From: Candidatus Bathyarchaeota archaeon
GTDB taxonomy: Archaea > Thermoproteota > Bathyarchaeia > 40CM-2-53-6
NCBI GenBank assembly: GCA_963833125.1
Contig: CAWHWX010000018.1
Span: forward strand, 96,001-160,000
DNA length: 64,000 bases
Direction: 5' to 3'
Shown: piece by piece, positions 51,516 through 63,695 of the stretch
Layout: each line of letters starts with the position of its first letter
How positions within the stretch are numbered: position 1 is the stretch's first letter
Made by a program: the position numbers and the translations under genes
Notes under the pieces: model-generated
The model's input: only the letters and a program-made list of their open reading frames with translations
Database searches by the model: none
What the model was told of the DNA's origin: nothing

Positions 51516-52172
51516 TTGCCACTTGCTAAGGACGAAATATCTAGGGCACTCGGTGAGTTACGTAAGGTTATAACCAAAAAGAAATTCACGCAATCCATCG
51601 ATCTAGTCGTACGACTCCGCGAAGTTGACCTGAAGAAACCGGAGAACCGTATCAACGAAGCCATCGCGCTGCCCAATCCTCCTGAGAAAGGTCTGAAGGT
51701 TTGTGTAATTGCCTCAGGGGACTTGGCCACACGTGCGAAAGCGGCTGGAGCAGATATGCTCGTCGGCAGGCAAGAGATTGAAAACTTAGCTAAGGACAAG
51801 AAAGGAGCCCGAAAGTTGGCGCAGGAATACGACTTCTTCATCGCCGAGGCGCCTCTCATGCCACTCGTCGGAAGAGCTCTAGGCTCATTCCTCGGCCCTC
51901 GAGGCAAGATGCCCACACCCATCCCACCGAATGCGCCAATCGACCAAGTAATCGTTAACCACCGCAAAATGGTCCGCGTACGAATGCGAGAGCAACCAGT
52001 CCTACAGTGTCGGGTGGGAACGGAGACCATGCCTGACGAGAAACTAGTCGAGAACATTCAGACAGTTGTCTCAAGAATCGAGCAGAAACTTGAGAGAGGC
52101 TTCAAAAACATCGGCGAAATCCTAGTCAAGGGAACGATGAGCAAACCAGTAAAAATCAACCTCTCAAAGTGA
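51516..52172 (+). CDS. rpl1: 50S ribosomal protein L1
   Basis: KFTQSIDL, YDFFIAEAPLMP, LGPRGKMP, TMSKP. Confidence 0.95.
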   Translation: MPLAKDEISRALGELRKVITKKKFTQSIDLVVRLREVDLKKPENRINEAIALPNPPEKGLKVCVIASGDLATRAKAAGADMLVGRQEIENLAKDKKGARKLAQEYDFFIAEAPLMPLVGRALGSFLGPRGKMPTPIPPNAPIDQVIVNHRKMVRVRMREQPVLQCRVGTETMPDEKLVENIQTVVSRIEQKLERGFKNIGEILVKGTMSKPVKINLSK

Positions 52173-52178
52173 TTAAGA

Positions 52179-53111
52179 ATGCTCACTCAACAGGTCGCCG
52201 TTTGGAAGAAAGAAATCTTCGACGACCTGATTGAACTACTCAACAAATACTCAGTCATCGCCGTAGCCGACTTACAGAAAGTACGTTCATCTCAGATTCA
52301 GGAAATCAGAAAGAAGCTACGTGGCAAAGCCGAACTCGTGGTAGCTAAGAATACGATTCTGCGGAAGGCTGCCGAGAAAGCAGCGGGCCAGAAAGAGAAG
52401 GTGAATCAGTTCGCAGATTCCCTGACGGGATCGAAAGTTCTGATCTTTACCCAAATGAACCCATTCGAACTAATCATCTTCCTCAACAAGAACAAAGTTA
52501 GAGTACCTGCCAAAGGGGGAGACATCGCTACAAGCGACATAATGATCCCCGGCGGAAACACCGGTATACAACCTGGGCCGGTCATAAGCGAATTCAACGA
52601 AGCGAAGGTGCAAACGCGAATTGAAGGCGGTAGCATCTTCGTCGTCAAGGATACCGTAGTTGTAAGGAAGGGGGACGTAATCCCGGTCAAAACAGCGTCA
52701 CTGCTTTCGAAACTTGGAATGAAACCGATGGAAGCTGGGCTCTCCCTCTCATACGCTTACGATAACGGCTCACTCCTCGGCCCGAACGATCTCGCCTTCG
52801 ACCTCGACAAAATGAAAGCCGACATATCCTCAGCTGCACGACTGGCTTTCGGGGTCGCGGTTGAAGCGAATATCATGTTGCCCGAGACGGCACCCATGAT
52901 AATCTCCAAAGCGTATCGGCAAGCGGTCGAAGTTAGCGTTGAGGCAGGATTCTTCACCAAACAAACCACCGACCTCATTATCCGAAGGGCATATGCTAGC
53001 GCTAGTGCACTTTCGTCGGCAATTTCAGCAGTAAAGCCTGAAGCACTCACGCCACAACAAACCGCCGAAGCTCCGCCAGCAGAAACTCCGCCAGCAGAAG
53101 GAAAAGGTTGA
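52179..53111 (+). CDS. rpl10: 50S ribosomal protein L10 (P0)
   Basis: IRKKLRG, KNT, TGIQPGP, LLSKLGMKP. Confidence 0.95.
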   Translation: MLTQQVAVWKKEIFDDLIELLNKYSVIAVADLQKVRSSQIQEIRKKLRGKAELVVAKNTILRKAAEKAAGQKEKVNQFADSLTGSKVLIFTQMNPFELIIFLNKNKVRVPAKGGDIATSDIMIPGGNTGIQPGPVISEFNEAKVQTRIEGGSIFVVKDTVVVRKGDVIPVKTASLLSKLGMKPMEAGLSLSYAYDNGSLLGPNDLAFDLDKMKADISSAARLAFGVAVEANIMLPETAPMIISKAYRQAVEVSVEAGFFTKQTTDLIIRRAYASASALSSAISAVKPEALTPQQTAEAPPAETPPAEGKG

Positions 53112-53163
53112 AAAGAGGGGCTTCGGGTAACCACAGGAATCCCGTTAAAATTCGGTGTAAAAA

Positions 53164-53460
53164 ATGGAATACGTCTACGCAGCACTCCTGCTACATTCAG
53201 CAGGCGGCAAAGTAACAGAAGATGGAGTTAAGAAAGTCCTAACCGCAGCAGGAGTCAAAGTCGAAGAACCTAGAGTCAAAGCCTTGGTCGCCGCACTTTC
53301 AGAAATCAAAATAGACGATGCGCTGAAGGCGGCACAAACAATGCAAGTCGCAGCTGCAGCACCAGCAGCCGCAGCACCCGCTGAAGGTAAGAAAGAAGAC
53401 AAGAAGGAAGAAAAGAAATCAGAAGAAGCACTCGCAGGTTTGGGAGCGTTGTTCGGGTAG
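53164..53460 (+). CDS. rpl12: 50S ribosomal stalk protein P1 (L12)
   Basis: [11 protein letters not shown], Ala-rich hinge, GLGALFG. Confidence 0.96.
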   Translation: MEYVYAALLLHSAGGKVTEDGVKKVLTAAGVKVEEPRVKALVAALSEIKIDDALKAAQTMQVAAAAPAAAAPAEGKKEDKKEEKKSEEALAGLGALFG

Positions 53461-53599
53461 GCTCCCTTTCGCCTATTTTTTGTTTGATCGCAGCCGCCTG
53501 AGGTTCAGTTTCCGTCTTTCATTTCTCTCTTCCAATGACACGTTTTGTCCTTTCACGTTGTTGTCGCGCAGCAACATTGGGACGAGAGCTGAGTAATGT

Positions 53600-53737
53600 T
53601 TGTCCGAGGAATATACCGTCTGCAGGTGCGGTGCCAAATTTACAAATGATGATGAAGGCAGACGACTGTACGACCTCCATCAACCTTGGTGCGGAAAGCA
53701 AGGAAGCTCAGCAAGGGAATCAGAGGCTCGACGGTAA
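53600..53737 (+). CDS. 45-aa putative C2HC zinc-finger micro-protein (below ORF-track cutoff)
   Basis: Manual translation from TTG: MSEEYTVCRCGAKFTNDDEGRRLYDLHQPWCGKQGSSARESEARR*. Confidence 0.5.
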   Translation: MSEEYTVCRCGAKFTNDDEGRRLYDLHQPWCGKQGSSARESEARR

Positions 53738-53880
53738 TCGCGCTGTACGATCATTCTGAGGACAAATTCGTCATATGTCTGTCGACGTCTTCTGACACAA
53801 TAAACCCTCATACCTCTCGCGAACGCTATCGATTCTTATGCTTCTTTGACGTAGGTCGTTGATAGCCGACACTGGATTGG

Positions 53881-54382
53881 ATGGGAGAGAGGGCTACGGC
53901 AGAAGGACCGGTTTGGGATAGAGAGAAAGGGGAGCTACGTATCCTAGGCCGCCGGCAGACCGCTTTCGATGCTCAAGCACTATGTGAATACCTTGACTCG
54001 CTGGTAGGAGTTCAAGTCGGGGAGGTCATCATGAGCAACCTTGAATCTAGATCTGGAAAACAAGACGGGAGCTTTGCTTCGAAAGGAGAAACCTGAACTA
54101 ACCGTTGATGAACTGATCAGACTCGTCGAAGAATGGGATCGGATGGCCGGAATAGGGGTCACGAAGGTTACAATCCCACAAAAAGACGTCGGTCCAATAT
54201 TAGTGGAGGTTTCGAATCCCTCTGTGAAAGGTACGCAAGGTGCTGCCAAGGCGTTTCTATTCTCTTGGTGGGCCGGCATACTAACCTCGCTTCTAGGCAA
54301 GAATTTCGAATGCAAGAACGTCGTTTACGATCAAGGGAACAACATCATGAAGTGTGAGATAGTGCAGAGAGAGACCGCATGA
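53881..54382 (+). CDS. V4R-like small-ligand-binding protein; frameshift ~54070
   Basis: WDREKGELRILGRR, AGIGVT, WWAGILTSLLG, CEIV pattern. Confidence 0.6.
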
Positions 54383-54455
54383 GCGACACCACGAGGCAAA
54401 TAGCTTACTAACCTAGTTCGTCTCGTTCTGTTCTGTCGGCTGGAGGTAGTAGCCA

Positions 54456-57222
54456 TTGGAGATTAGTGAGAAGGAATTTGCGGTGCCGTTCTTCAAAGAG
54501 AACGGATTCTTACGTAGGCAGTGTGAATGCTGCAAAGGCTACTTCTGGACACAGAAAAGTAATGAACGGTTTTGCGGAGACAGCCCATGCGTACAATACT
54601 CATTCATCGGTAATCCTCCAGCAAAGAAGCGCTACTCCATTCATGAGATGCGGGAACTATTTCTATCATTCTTTGAGAAAAACGGCCACACTAGAATCAA
54701 GCCTTACCCAGTCGTCGCCCGCTGGAGGGACGACGTCTTCTTAGTGGGTGCCTCGATCTACGATTTCCAGCCATACGTCACCGAGGGAATGATTCCGCCA
54801 CCCGCGAATCCGTTAGTTGTCAGCCAACCCTCCATTCGTTTTACAGACATTGACAATGTCGGCCCGACCTTAGGGCGGCATGAACTAATCTTTGAGATGG
54901 GCGGGGCTCATGCATTCAATTATCCAGAGAAGGAAATTTACTGGATGGACCAGACCATCCGATATCACCATCAACTGGCGACCGAAGGGTTTGGTCTGAA
55001 CTCCGATTCAATATCATACAAGGAGCACTTTTGGTCCGGCGGCGGAAATGCTGGGCCCGATTTGGAATGTCTGGCCTCCGGCCTGGAAATTTCAACCTTA
55101 GTCTTCATGCAGTACAGGGTCCAGGGTGATCAATTACAGAAGCTGCCCATACGAACCGTGGATACGGGTTATGGTATCGAACGATGGGCGTGGCTGAGCC
55201 AAGGAACTGCGAGCGCGTTTGAAGTTCTCTATGGGCCGGTGTTAGACAAGATCTTCACCTTAGCCGGCGTCAAGTATGATCAGGCGTTAGTTGCGAAGGT
55301 TGTTCCATACTCAAGTTACATGAATATTGAACGTGGCGACAGCAGAATTGATGCCCGCAAGAAAGAGGCTGAAAGTGTCGGCATGGATTGGCGCGACCTC
55401 GAAAAGGGGCTTAGTCCCAATCGAATCTGCTATGGCTGTGGCTGACCACACGAAAGCAATCGCGTTCCTATTGTCCGAAGGTGTCGTACCGTCGAACGTC
55501 GAAGAGGGTTATTTGACCAGGTTGCTGATTCGGCGGACATACCGAATGCTTCGGCAGCTTGGAATCGAAGATAGAATGCCTGAGATATTGGATGCGCAGG
55601 TCGACTACTGGGGCGACGACTTCCAGCAACTGAAAGGCATGAGGCGTGAGATAGCGGAAGCAATCAAGTCGGAGGAATCAAAGTACAGGAGAACTTTGGA
55701 GCGCGGCGCTGAATTAGTAAGGAAAATCGCCATCGACCTGAAAGCGAAGGGGCAGAAAGAGATCCCCTCTAGCTCGTTGGTTGAGCTGTATGATTCCCAG
55801 GGTATGGTTCCTGATATCGTTAGAGAAGTCGCTGAACCATTGGGGGTTGCAGTCAATCCGCCTGGAAACTTCTACGCCATGGTACTGCAAAAGCATCTCT
55901 CAGGAAAGCGAGCTTCCGAGGACGTTGAGGAATCAGAGTTCGGGGCATCATTGAAGGATAAGGTAAGCCAGCTTCCAGAAACAGTTCGACTATACTACAA
56001 GGATGCCTTTCAGCGAGAGTTTCAAGGCAAAGTAATCGCCGTGCTAGTCAACAAGTTCATCGTCTTGGACCAAACCTGCTTCTACCCAGAGGGAGGAGGT
56101 CAACCGGGGGACATAGGGGTAATCCAGACCGCAGGTGGTCCTCTGAAGGTGGTTGGGACGCAGAAGGTTGGACTTGTCGTTGTTCACCAAGTAGACGGTA
56201 CTCCTCCTAAAGTGGGCGAAAGCGTTCGAGGCACGATTGAGTGGGAGAGGCGTATCAGCCTCATGCGCCACCACACCGGCACCCACTTGATCCTAGGAGC
56301 CGCGAGGAGAGTTCTGGGACAGCATGTATGGCAGGCTGGGGCGCAGAAAGGAGTTGAGTCGAGCCGCGTCGATATCTCGCACTATGAGAAAATCACTGGT
56401 GATCAGGCGAGAGAAATAGAACGGCAAGCGACGGAAGTCGCTCTGCAGGACATTCCGGTTGAATCAGAGTGGATGCCTAGAGAAAAGGCCGAGCAACAGT
56501 ACGGGTTCCGGCTTTACCAGGGCGGCGTCGTTCCTGGCCGTGAATTACGCGTGATCAAGATCGATGACTGGGACGTGGAAGCATGTGGCGGAACCCACTG
56601 CACAAGAACGGGACAGATCGGAACTATCAAGATTCTTCGCACAGAGCGCATACAGGATGGAGTGGAGCGCATAATTTTCGCTGCAGGAACTCAAGCTCTA
56701 CGCGCAGTTGAAGAACAAGAAAGAAAACTAAACGAAATATCAACAATGGTCGAGGCACCAATAGAAAAACTAGACCAGTACGTGCAGGCGCTAGTCGACG
56801 AAAAATTACGGCTAACCAAAAGATTGGAAGTACTTGCAGAAGCGTGGGCCAAGCAAGAGGCCCAACGCCTCGCCATGTCAGCTAGAACAGTGGGAGCAGT
56901 CAAGCTGACTGTGGCGAAATACGAGATGGGCGAAGAAAACGACCTAATAATGCTGAACAACGAAATCATTCAGAAGGACGAGAATGCTGTCGTTATCTTG
57001 GTCATGGCAAAAGATTCAGTAAGAGTTTTGGTTGGTGCAGGAAAGAGCGCCATAGCACATGGCGTTCATGCGGGAAAGTTAGCTGCGAAACTAGCGACTC
57101 TTGTAGGTGGAGGTGGCGGCGGAAAAGACAGCTTCGGCCAGGGCGGGGGCACTAAAGTGAGCGCAGTTGACTTACTGGTCACAGAATCAGAGCAGGCCGT
57201 CAAACAAATGCTGACCAAGTGA
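54456..57222 (+). CDS. alaS: Alanine--tRNA ligase; frameshift ~55410
   Basis: YPVVARWRDD, QPSIR, VDTGYGIER, ADH, HHTGTH, EACGGTH, GGGGG. Confidence 0.96.
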
Positions 57223-57227
57223 TGATC

Positions 57228-60113
57228 ATGGCCGTAGATTGGGCGGAGATAGATAGAAAATGGCAAGAGGAGTGGGAGAGTGCTAGGATCTTCGAAGCCG
57301 ATCCAGACCCGAAACGCAAGAAATGCTTCGTTACCTATCCGTTCCCATACATGAGCGGACCTTTGCACGTCGGAAATGGTTTTACCGCCGCCAGAATCGA
57401 TGTTTACGCAAGATACATGCGGATGCGTGGGTTCAACGTCCTCTTCCCGTGGGCCTGGCATTGGACTGGCAAAACCGTTGCCGGCGCGGCTGAACGCATC
57501 AAAAACGGCGACGAGGCATTCATACGTCCCATTAGAGAGGTTGACGAGGTTCCTGAGGCAGAGATCAGAAAATTCGTCGACCCCGCCTATATGGCAGAGT
57601 ACTACACTGCCGTGAACCGTGACGCCATAAAACGATTCGGAACTTCTGTAGATTGGCGGCGTGAGTTTCACACGAGCTCTCTGAACGAAGAGTTCAGCAA
57701 GTTCGTCACATGGCAATATTTGCGCTTGCATGAGAAAGGCTATGTTACGAAAGGTACGCATCCCGTAGTCTGGTGTCCCAAAGATCAAAGCCCAACCGGC
57801 GACGCCGATCGACTGGAAGGGGAGGGTGTACGGCCTGAGGAGTTCACTCTAGTAAAATTCAAGATGGGAAACCTATTCCTACCTTGCGCCACTTTCAGGC
57901 CTGAGACGATCTACGGCGTCACGAACCTGTGGGTGAACCCCGATGGGGAGTACGTGGAAGCTGACGTTAACGGAGAGAAATGGATCGTAAGTAAGGCGGC
58001 CGCCCCTAAGTTAGAGAATCAGCTCAAGCAAGTGAACGTCCTCAGGGGTCTGAAAGGTGCTGAGCTGATCGGGAAAACTTGTACGGATCCAATCCAAAAC
58101 AGGCCCTTACTGATCTTACCGGGGGTATTTGTCAAAACCAATCATGCTACGGGGTTAGTTTACAGCGTTCCCGCACATGCCCCCTTCGACCTTCTAGCGC
58201 TGAGAGATGTTCAGAAGAATCCGGCAACTGTGGTAGGGTATTCCATCGATCCAACCCAGTTGCAGCACATCAAACCAATTTCGGTAATCTCGGTTGAGGG
58301 ATACGGGGAATTCCCGGCGGTGGAGATCGTAGATCGAATGGGGATTCGTAACCAGACGGATCCTCGGGCGGAAGAAGCCACGAAGGAAATTTACAAAGCG
58401 GAATTTCATAGTGGTATATTGAGGGAAAATTGCGGCGAATATTCGAAGCAACGAGTTTCAGATGTTAAGGACGCCTTAGTTGCAGATTTCAGAAGCAAGC
58501 GAATCGCTGATGTGATGTATGAACTACCACAACGCGTAGTATGCCGATGTACGACAGAATGTGTCGCTAAAATAATACAGGATCAATGGTTTCTCAAGTA
58601 TTCAGACCCCGATTGGAAAAAGCTCACGCATCAAGCCACAGCTGAAATGTCCTTCTACCCTGAGGAAGCCAGAGCCTGGTTCAATGGTATCATTGACTGG
58701 TTGCAAGATTGGCCCTGCGCCCGCAGAACCGGCCTAGGCACACCACTCCCCTGGAGCCCCGACTGGATCGTTGAAACACTCAGCGATTCAACCATTTACA
58801 TGGCATACTACATGGTAAGCAAATTCGTCAACGCGGGAAAAGTCAAAGCTTCTCAATTGTCACCCGAGGTCTTTGATTTCATATTCTATGGCAGCGGTAA
58901 CCCGGACGAAGTCGCCAAGGGAGCCGGCATAGAACGGAAGCTCATGGAGGAGGTTCGTAATGAATTTCTCTATTGGTATCCGGTAGACATGCGCAACTCA
59001 GGAAAAGATCTGGTAGGCAATCATCTCAGTTTCTTCATTTTCCATCACGTGGCGCTCTTCGAGCCACGGTATTGGCCGAAGGCTATTGGGGTCAACGGAT
59101 TCATGCTGTTGGAAGGGGGGACCATTCACAAATCCAAGGGCAACTTTGTACCTCTGTGGAAAGCTTGCGATCAATTTGGAGCAGATGCAGTCCGATGCTC
59201 TGTTTTGCTCGGCGCAGAGGGGATGGACGACCCTGACTGGCGTGCTGAGAACGTTCGTGATGTGAAGGGCAGGCTTGAAGGTTTCCTGCGTTTAGTTGAG
59301 GATTTTGTTCAAAGGCCGAAGGAAGCTGCTTCCAACGGGCACTTGGAAAATTGGCTAATGAGCAGGATGTGCACGAAGGCACTGGTGATCGCCGAGGGCA
59401 TCGGGAAACTGAAGACGCGCACCGCCATGTCCTTGACGCTCTACGATTTATGGAATGACTTGAGATGGTATGAGCGCCGAGTCGTGAAACCAAACTCAAA
59501 CGCGGTTGGCAGCTTCATTTCCAACTGGATCCGATTGCTCGCACCTTCGCGCCACACATGAGCGAAGAAACCTGGCGGAAGATAGGCGAAACGGGGTTTG
59601 CGGCTGCAGCAGATTGGCCAGACCTGCAACCTTCGAAAACGGATACGGTGTCTGATGAACTAGAACTCTTGATCAAGCAGACCCTGGAGGATACCCAGGA
59701 AATCATTGCGACTACGAAACTGAGTCCGAAGAAGGTACATTACTACACAGCGGCGAAATGGAAATGGCGGGTTTACATTGACGCCCTAACGAGGGCTAGC
59801 ACGAATCCTGAAACTCTCGACGGGCTCATCCGGGACATGCTATCAGCGAAAGTTGCCACTGCAAAAGACTTGCCTAAGTTTGCCGCGAAGATCGTGCAGC
59901 AGTCGAAGAAGATGCCAGCCGAGTTAAGGTCGCGCAAGCTAGATGTTGGTGAGATAGATGAGCGAGGAGTCTTCGACGGAAGCACAGACTTTCTTCAGCA
60001 AAGAATTGAGGACTGAGGTTGAGGTTCACGGTGAAGAAGACGCTTCGCTGTACGATCCGAAGGGGAGAGCGAAGATTGCTGAACCCTACAGGCCCGCAAT
60101 CTTCATCGAATAA
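57228..60113 (+). CDS. leuS: Leucine--tRNA ligase; frameshifts ~59550 and ~60000
   Basis: FPYMSGPLHVGN, ATFRPET, VPAHAPFD, ETLSDSTIY, IHKSKGN, C-terminal AEPYRPAIFIE. Confidence 0.93.
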
Positions 60114-60131
60114 TAAGTTGTGGTTCGTCGT

Positions 60132-60729
60132 CTAGGGGTGCCAGACTTTCTCGTTCATGATCATATAGATCCCGGTTACGACCGCGAGTATCAGTCCAAC
60201 TAGGAAGCCGCCTCCTATGAAGAGGCTAACTATTGCGGTGGGGAAGACCATGAATGCTGAGAGGACCTTGAAGCCGAGCATGTAAAGGATCACTGCTCCG
60301 ACGAGCACTATACCTAGGACTACTCCGAGGATGAAGCTGAAATTCCCAAGGAAGACTACCCATGGGAACAAGCCTACCCAGAAAGCGAAGAAAGCTGGCC
60401 AAAGCAACGCTCCCGCATTAGCGAAGATAAGCGATGCCGAAGTCAACAGTAACAGAACTACTCCCCACGAGTACCGACGGAACATGCCAGGGAAAGGACC
60501 GTAAACTACTCCGCCTGGCGGTAATCCTCCCTGCGCATAGAGAGTGGGCGCCATCGGAGGTGCCACTCGGCGGTTGGGCGGGTTGATTGATCATTGTTGA
60601 GTGGTAGCAGCCCGGGCATAGAGCTAGTTCGACGTAGGGTTTGGTGCAAGAGACGCAAATTCTTCGTCCGCAGCGACTACATACCTGGTTCGCTGGTAGG
60701 TTCGGGTGATAGTAGCACATGTAAGCCAA
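60132..60729 (-). CDS. B-box-like zinc finger fused to a multi-TM membrane domain; frameshift ~60565
   Basis: CYYHP..CSRCGRRICVSC..LCPGC, Pro-rich linker, TM helices with GGGFLVG. Confidence 0.7.
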
Positions 60730-61118
60730 TTCTTCAAACATCCTCGTTGACAGGTTGGTAAGGTAAACTGTGGGATGCGGCTAGTTTGACTTGATAGTTA
60801 GTTACAAGATAGTGTCAAACCTCAACGGATTTTGTATCCCATACTTCGATGCTCAAGGTTGAATAACGAAAAGGGGCTGAAAATGGGCACTTTACCGGTT
60901 CTTGCCCCATTTTGCACGTTAAGCCGCCACTTGTCGCCCTAACACAATACTTCGATCAGCCAGTCTCAAACCAGAGAATCTTTCGGGCTGTTCTTCAGAC
61001 TGAACCAACGAATTGGAAAGAGCGTGTCTAACAGTGTTATACACAGAGGTTCTAGGGTTTAACTTGCGAATCTCTTGGGCCTCAACGCTTTTAGTTTGGC
61101 AAGTCTGGTTTCGGGTTT

Positions 61119-61241
61119 GGGCCCGTAGCTCAGTCTGGATAGTGCTTCTAGTTTGAGCGTCTAACAGCACAGGCCCTCTAAACGCTTTCAGCAAGCGGGA
61201 GACGCCTGGGGTCCGGGGTCCGAATCCCCGCGGGCCCGCCA
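61119..61241 (+). tRNA. tRNA-Arg(TCT) with two introns: D-arm (~61143-61165) and 38/39 (61182-61203)
   Basis: GGGCCCG/CGGGCCC acceptor stem; CAGGC-CC-TCT-AA|GCCTG; BHB helix CTCT/GGAG with CGCTT/AAGCG; CCA encoded. Confidence 0.88.
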
Positions 61242-61362
61242 CGATTCCGTAAATTTGACTGCTTAATTCAAGGAAGTCAGGCCTAGAACTTCTAACATTC
61301 CAATAGGGCGTGCCCCCGCTAGTTGAGCGGTCTTGGGACCGTGGACGCTAAGCTGGATAGTT

Positions 61363-61859
61363 TCAGGGGGGCATTTGCATGATCGTTGAGAGGAGCAGGA
61401 TCAGAAGCATTAATGTCAGGTTCGCACCGGAAACGAGCCTGCTCTTTTTTCGTAACGCCTTGAGTTCGTCCAATTTCGACTCTTTGGCTAGTCTGATGAT
61501 TTTCTTTCCGAAGTATAGGTTATTGACACAGATGAGTAGCAGCAGAAGTGAAACGAGAATTGCTTTCGTCAGTAGGAGCGTGCCGGGGTATTCGAAGAGG
61601 GCATTTGCGGATGGTAGGTACCATGTTGCATTGTACAACCCCGTGAGCACTAAAACAACTATGAGGGGGTTAGTCAGATTACCGAAGGCTCTGGCGATCT
61701 TCCCAACGATTCGCAGCCCTCTCCGATTCGTCCGTAGTGATGAGACGTGAAGCGGGCACGATGATCAACCACATGAAGAACGAACCTCCCACGAAAAGAA
61801 CCGCAGCTGAACAAATGAACCCAAAGAACTACGATATTCAACAATTGCGCTGCAGACAA
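61363..61859 (-). CDS. CopD-like four-TM membrane protein; two frameshifts
   Basis: LWVHL..A..FVGGSFF, LVLTGLYN, YPGTLLLTK. Confidence 0.65.
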
Positions 61860-61872
61860 CTTTCCACCTAAT

Positions 61873-62445
61873 CTAATTCAACTGGTTGTGTCTGAAACAG
61901 GTGATAGTGTGATCGTTGACCATTCCAACGGCTTGCATGAACACGTAACAGATTGTTGAGCCGGTGAACTTGAATCCTCGCCGTTGCATATCGGAGCTCA
62001 TGGTGTCAGACGCCCTACTCTTCGCAGGGATAGCTGACAACGATCTAAACCGATGTTCAATCGGGTTGCCGCCAACGAACCTCCAAGCGTAATTGTCGAA
62101 GGTTCCAAATTCTTTCTGTACGACCAGAAATTCCCGGGCGTTTGTTATTGTGGCAGTGATTTTGAGGCGATTACGGATAATCCCTGGATTCGTTAGCAGG
62201 TGCTTGACACTAGAACTCGAATATTTAGCAACTTTTCTCGGATCGAATCCGTCGAAGGCTAACCGGAATGCGTCTCGTTTCCTAAGTATAGTGAGCCAGC
62301 TCAATCCTGCTTGTGCACCTTCAAGTATGAGAAACTCGAACAATTTGCGGTCGTCATGTACAGGGACACTCCACTCCTTGTCATGATATTCTTCAAGCAG
62401 AGGATCGTTCCTCGCCCAACCGCATCTTTTCGTAACGTTCCTCAT
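61873..62445 (-). CDS. tag: DNA-3-methyladenine glycosylase I
   Basis: RCGWA, YHDKEW, LEGAQAGLSW, IIRNRLKI, MQAVGMVNDH..CF. Confidence 0.95.
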   Translation of the reverse strand: MRNVTKRCGWARNDPLLEEYHDKEWSVPVHDDRKLFEFLILEGAQAGLSWLTILRKRDAFRLAFDGFDPRKVAKYSSSSVKHLLTNPGIIRNRLKITATITNAREFLVVQKEFGTFDNYAWRFVGGNPIEHRFRSLSAIPAKSRASDTMSSDMQRRGFKFTGSTICYVFMQAVGMVNDHTITCFRHNQLN

Positions 62446-62547
62446 TTTGATCCCCTTTAAGCTGGTCGCTACCTAGCGAAATTAGATCAGCAACGCAAAG
62501 ATCGCCGCAAACTTTTAGCTAATCCGGTAGCAAATGCAAACCGGGCG

Positions 62548-62765
62548 ATGGACATCGACTCCGAAAGAAAACGAACTTCTCCATGGAATGGTCAACTGTT
62601 ACGACACTTGCCACGCTAACTTTGAAGAAACCGTTGGCATGGTTAGTTCCGCTCGCGGACTGACGTCTGAGGAGGTTAAAGATACTCTAGAGCATCTGAA
62701 GAATGAGGGCAGCAAGGAATTCCAAGCGTTGAGGTCGACGTCTACCCGCCGACTTTCCGCTCTGA
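62548..62765 (+). CDS. Small hypothetical protein, probably frameshifted at both ends
   Basis: Core LLHGMVNCYDTCHANFEETVGMVSSARGLT; ends ...LPADFPL* in another frame. Confidence 0.5.
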
Positions 62766-62795
62766 CATGGTCTAATTGTTGGAAAATAGATCCCC

Positions 62796-63695
62796 TTGAC
62801 AAAATGTGCCGTATGCGGAGTTTCCTTCGACCGGGGAGATTATGACACACTCGCTCGCCATTTCTGTGAACAGGCGGGCGAGAGTGATCCAGGGCACGTA
62901 ATGTGGCTGAACAGGAATATTACTAAGAAGAAATGCGACCCGCAAACCCTCTCCAGAGAGCTGACACGATTCTTTGACTTCGGCCGCCAAGGGCTGAAGG
63001 TTTGGATGAAGAAGCGATTCGTTGAACGATTTTACGGTGGGAAACCGCATCCTTTCGTCCTAGCCCTACAGCACCCGTCCAAACCGACTTTGCTGGGTTA
63101 CGTTGTGGAGCATCAGCATTTCCTGAGACAATGGACCCGCAGCTGCGCGTACATCGTGGCAAAGACCGACAAGGTAGACGTCACCCTATACGAACTTGAT
63201 AATATCAATACAGAGTTCGGAGGGTTCGGCCCAGGGCGTCCGTCACACTACGAATTACTCTTACGTATGGGCGAAAGCCTCGATTTGCCGAGAGAACAGA
63301 TACTCCAAACCCTTCCTCTACCCGACACGGCATGGGCCATTAAATCTTGGAACGAAATTGCTGAGACATGCCATTGGCTGGAAACCATGGCCGCGATGCA
63401 TCCCCTGGAACTCATAGCGAACCGTAACCTCAGACAAGACGGCACGACAGTAAGTTACTTTGATCCATCAATACTGAACGGAGATGAGATTACTGAGGCA
63501 ACCAAGAACTTCCTCAGGGAAGGGTACGAGGCCGATGTGGATCACTCCGAGGAGGCAATGGATTTGATCGACAAATACTCGCCCGAGCTTGGAATTGCTG
63601 ATGATGTTCAAGCAACGTTCATGAAATCGATACATGCCTTCGACAGATACCTGATGGCACGACTGGAAAGGGGTAAACAGTTTGAAAGTTCCTGA
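62796..63695 (+). CDS. C2H2-like zinc finger fused to a heme-oxygenase-like (TenA/PqqC/CADD) diiron domain
   Basis: CAVC..LARH..H; DNINTE..SHYELL, AMHPLE, EADVDH ligand pattern. Confidence 0.75.
   Translation: MTKCAVCGVSFDRGDYDTLARHFCEQAGESDPGHVMWLNRNITKKKCDPQTLSRELTRFFDFGRQGLKVWMKKRFVERFYGGKPHPFVLALQHPSKPTLLGYVVEHQHFLRQWTRSCAYIVAKTDKVDVTLYELDNINTEFGGFGPGRPSHYELLLRMGESLDLPREQILQTLPLPDTAWAIKSWNEIAETCHWLETMAAMHPLELIANRNLRQDGTTVSYFDPSILNGDEITEATKNFLREGYEADVDHSEEAMDLIDKYSPELGIADDVQATFMKSIHAFDRYLMARLERGKQFESS

Noticed and set aside
57066-57788. Long antisense ORFs (also 13510-13986, 51509-52057, 52757-53185)
   Set aside because: They lie opposite well-supported genes and show no recognisable motifs
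61170-61208. Reading the tRNA at 61119 as an amber suppressor (CT-CTA-AA)
   Set aside because: That register breaks the anticodon stem and the BHB splice geometry; the TCT register gives a perfect CAGGC/GCCTG stem
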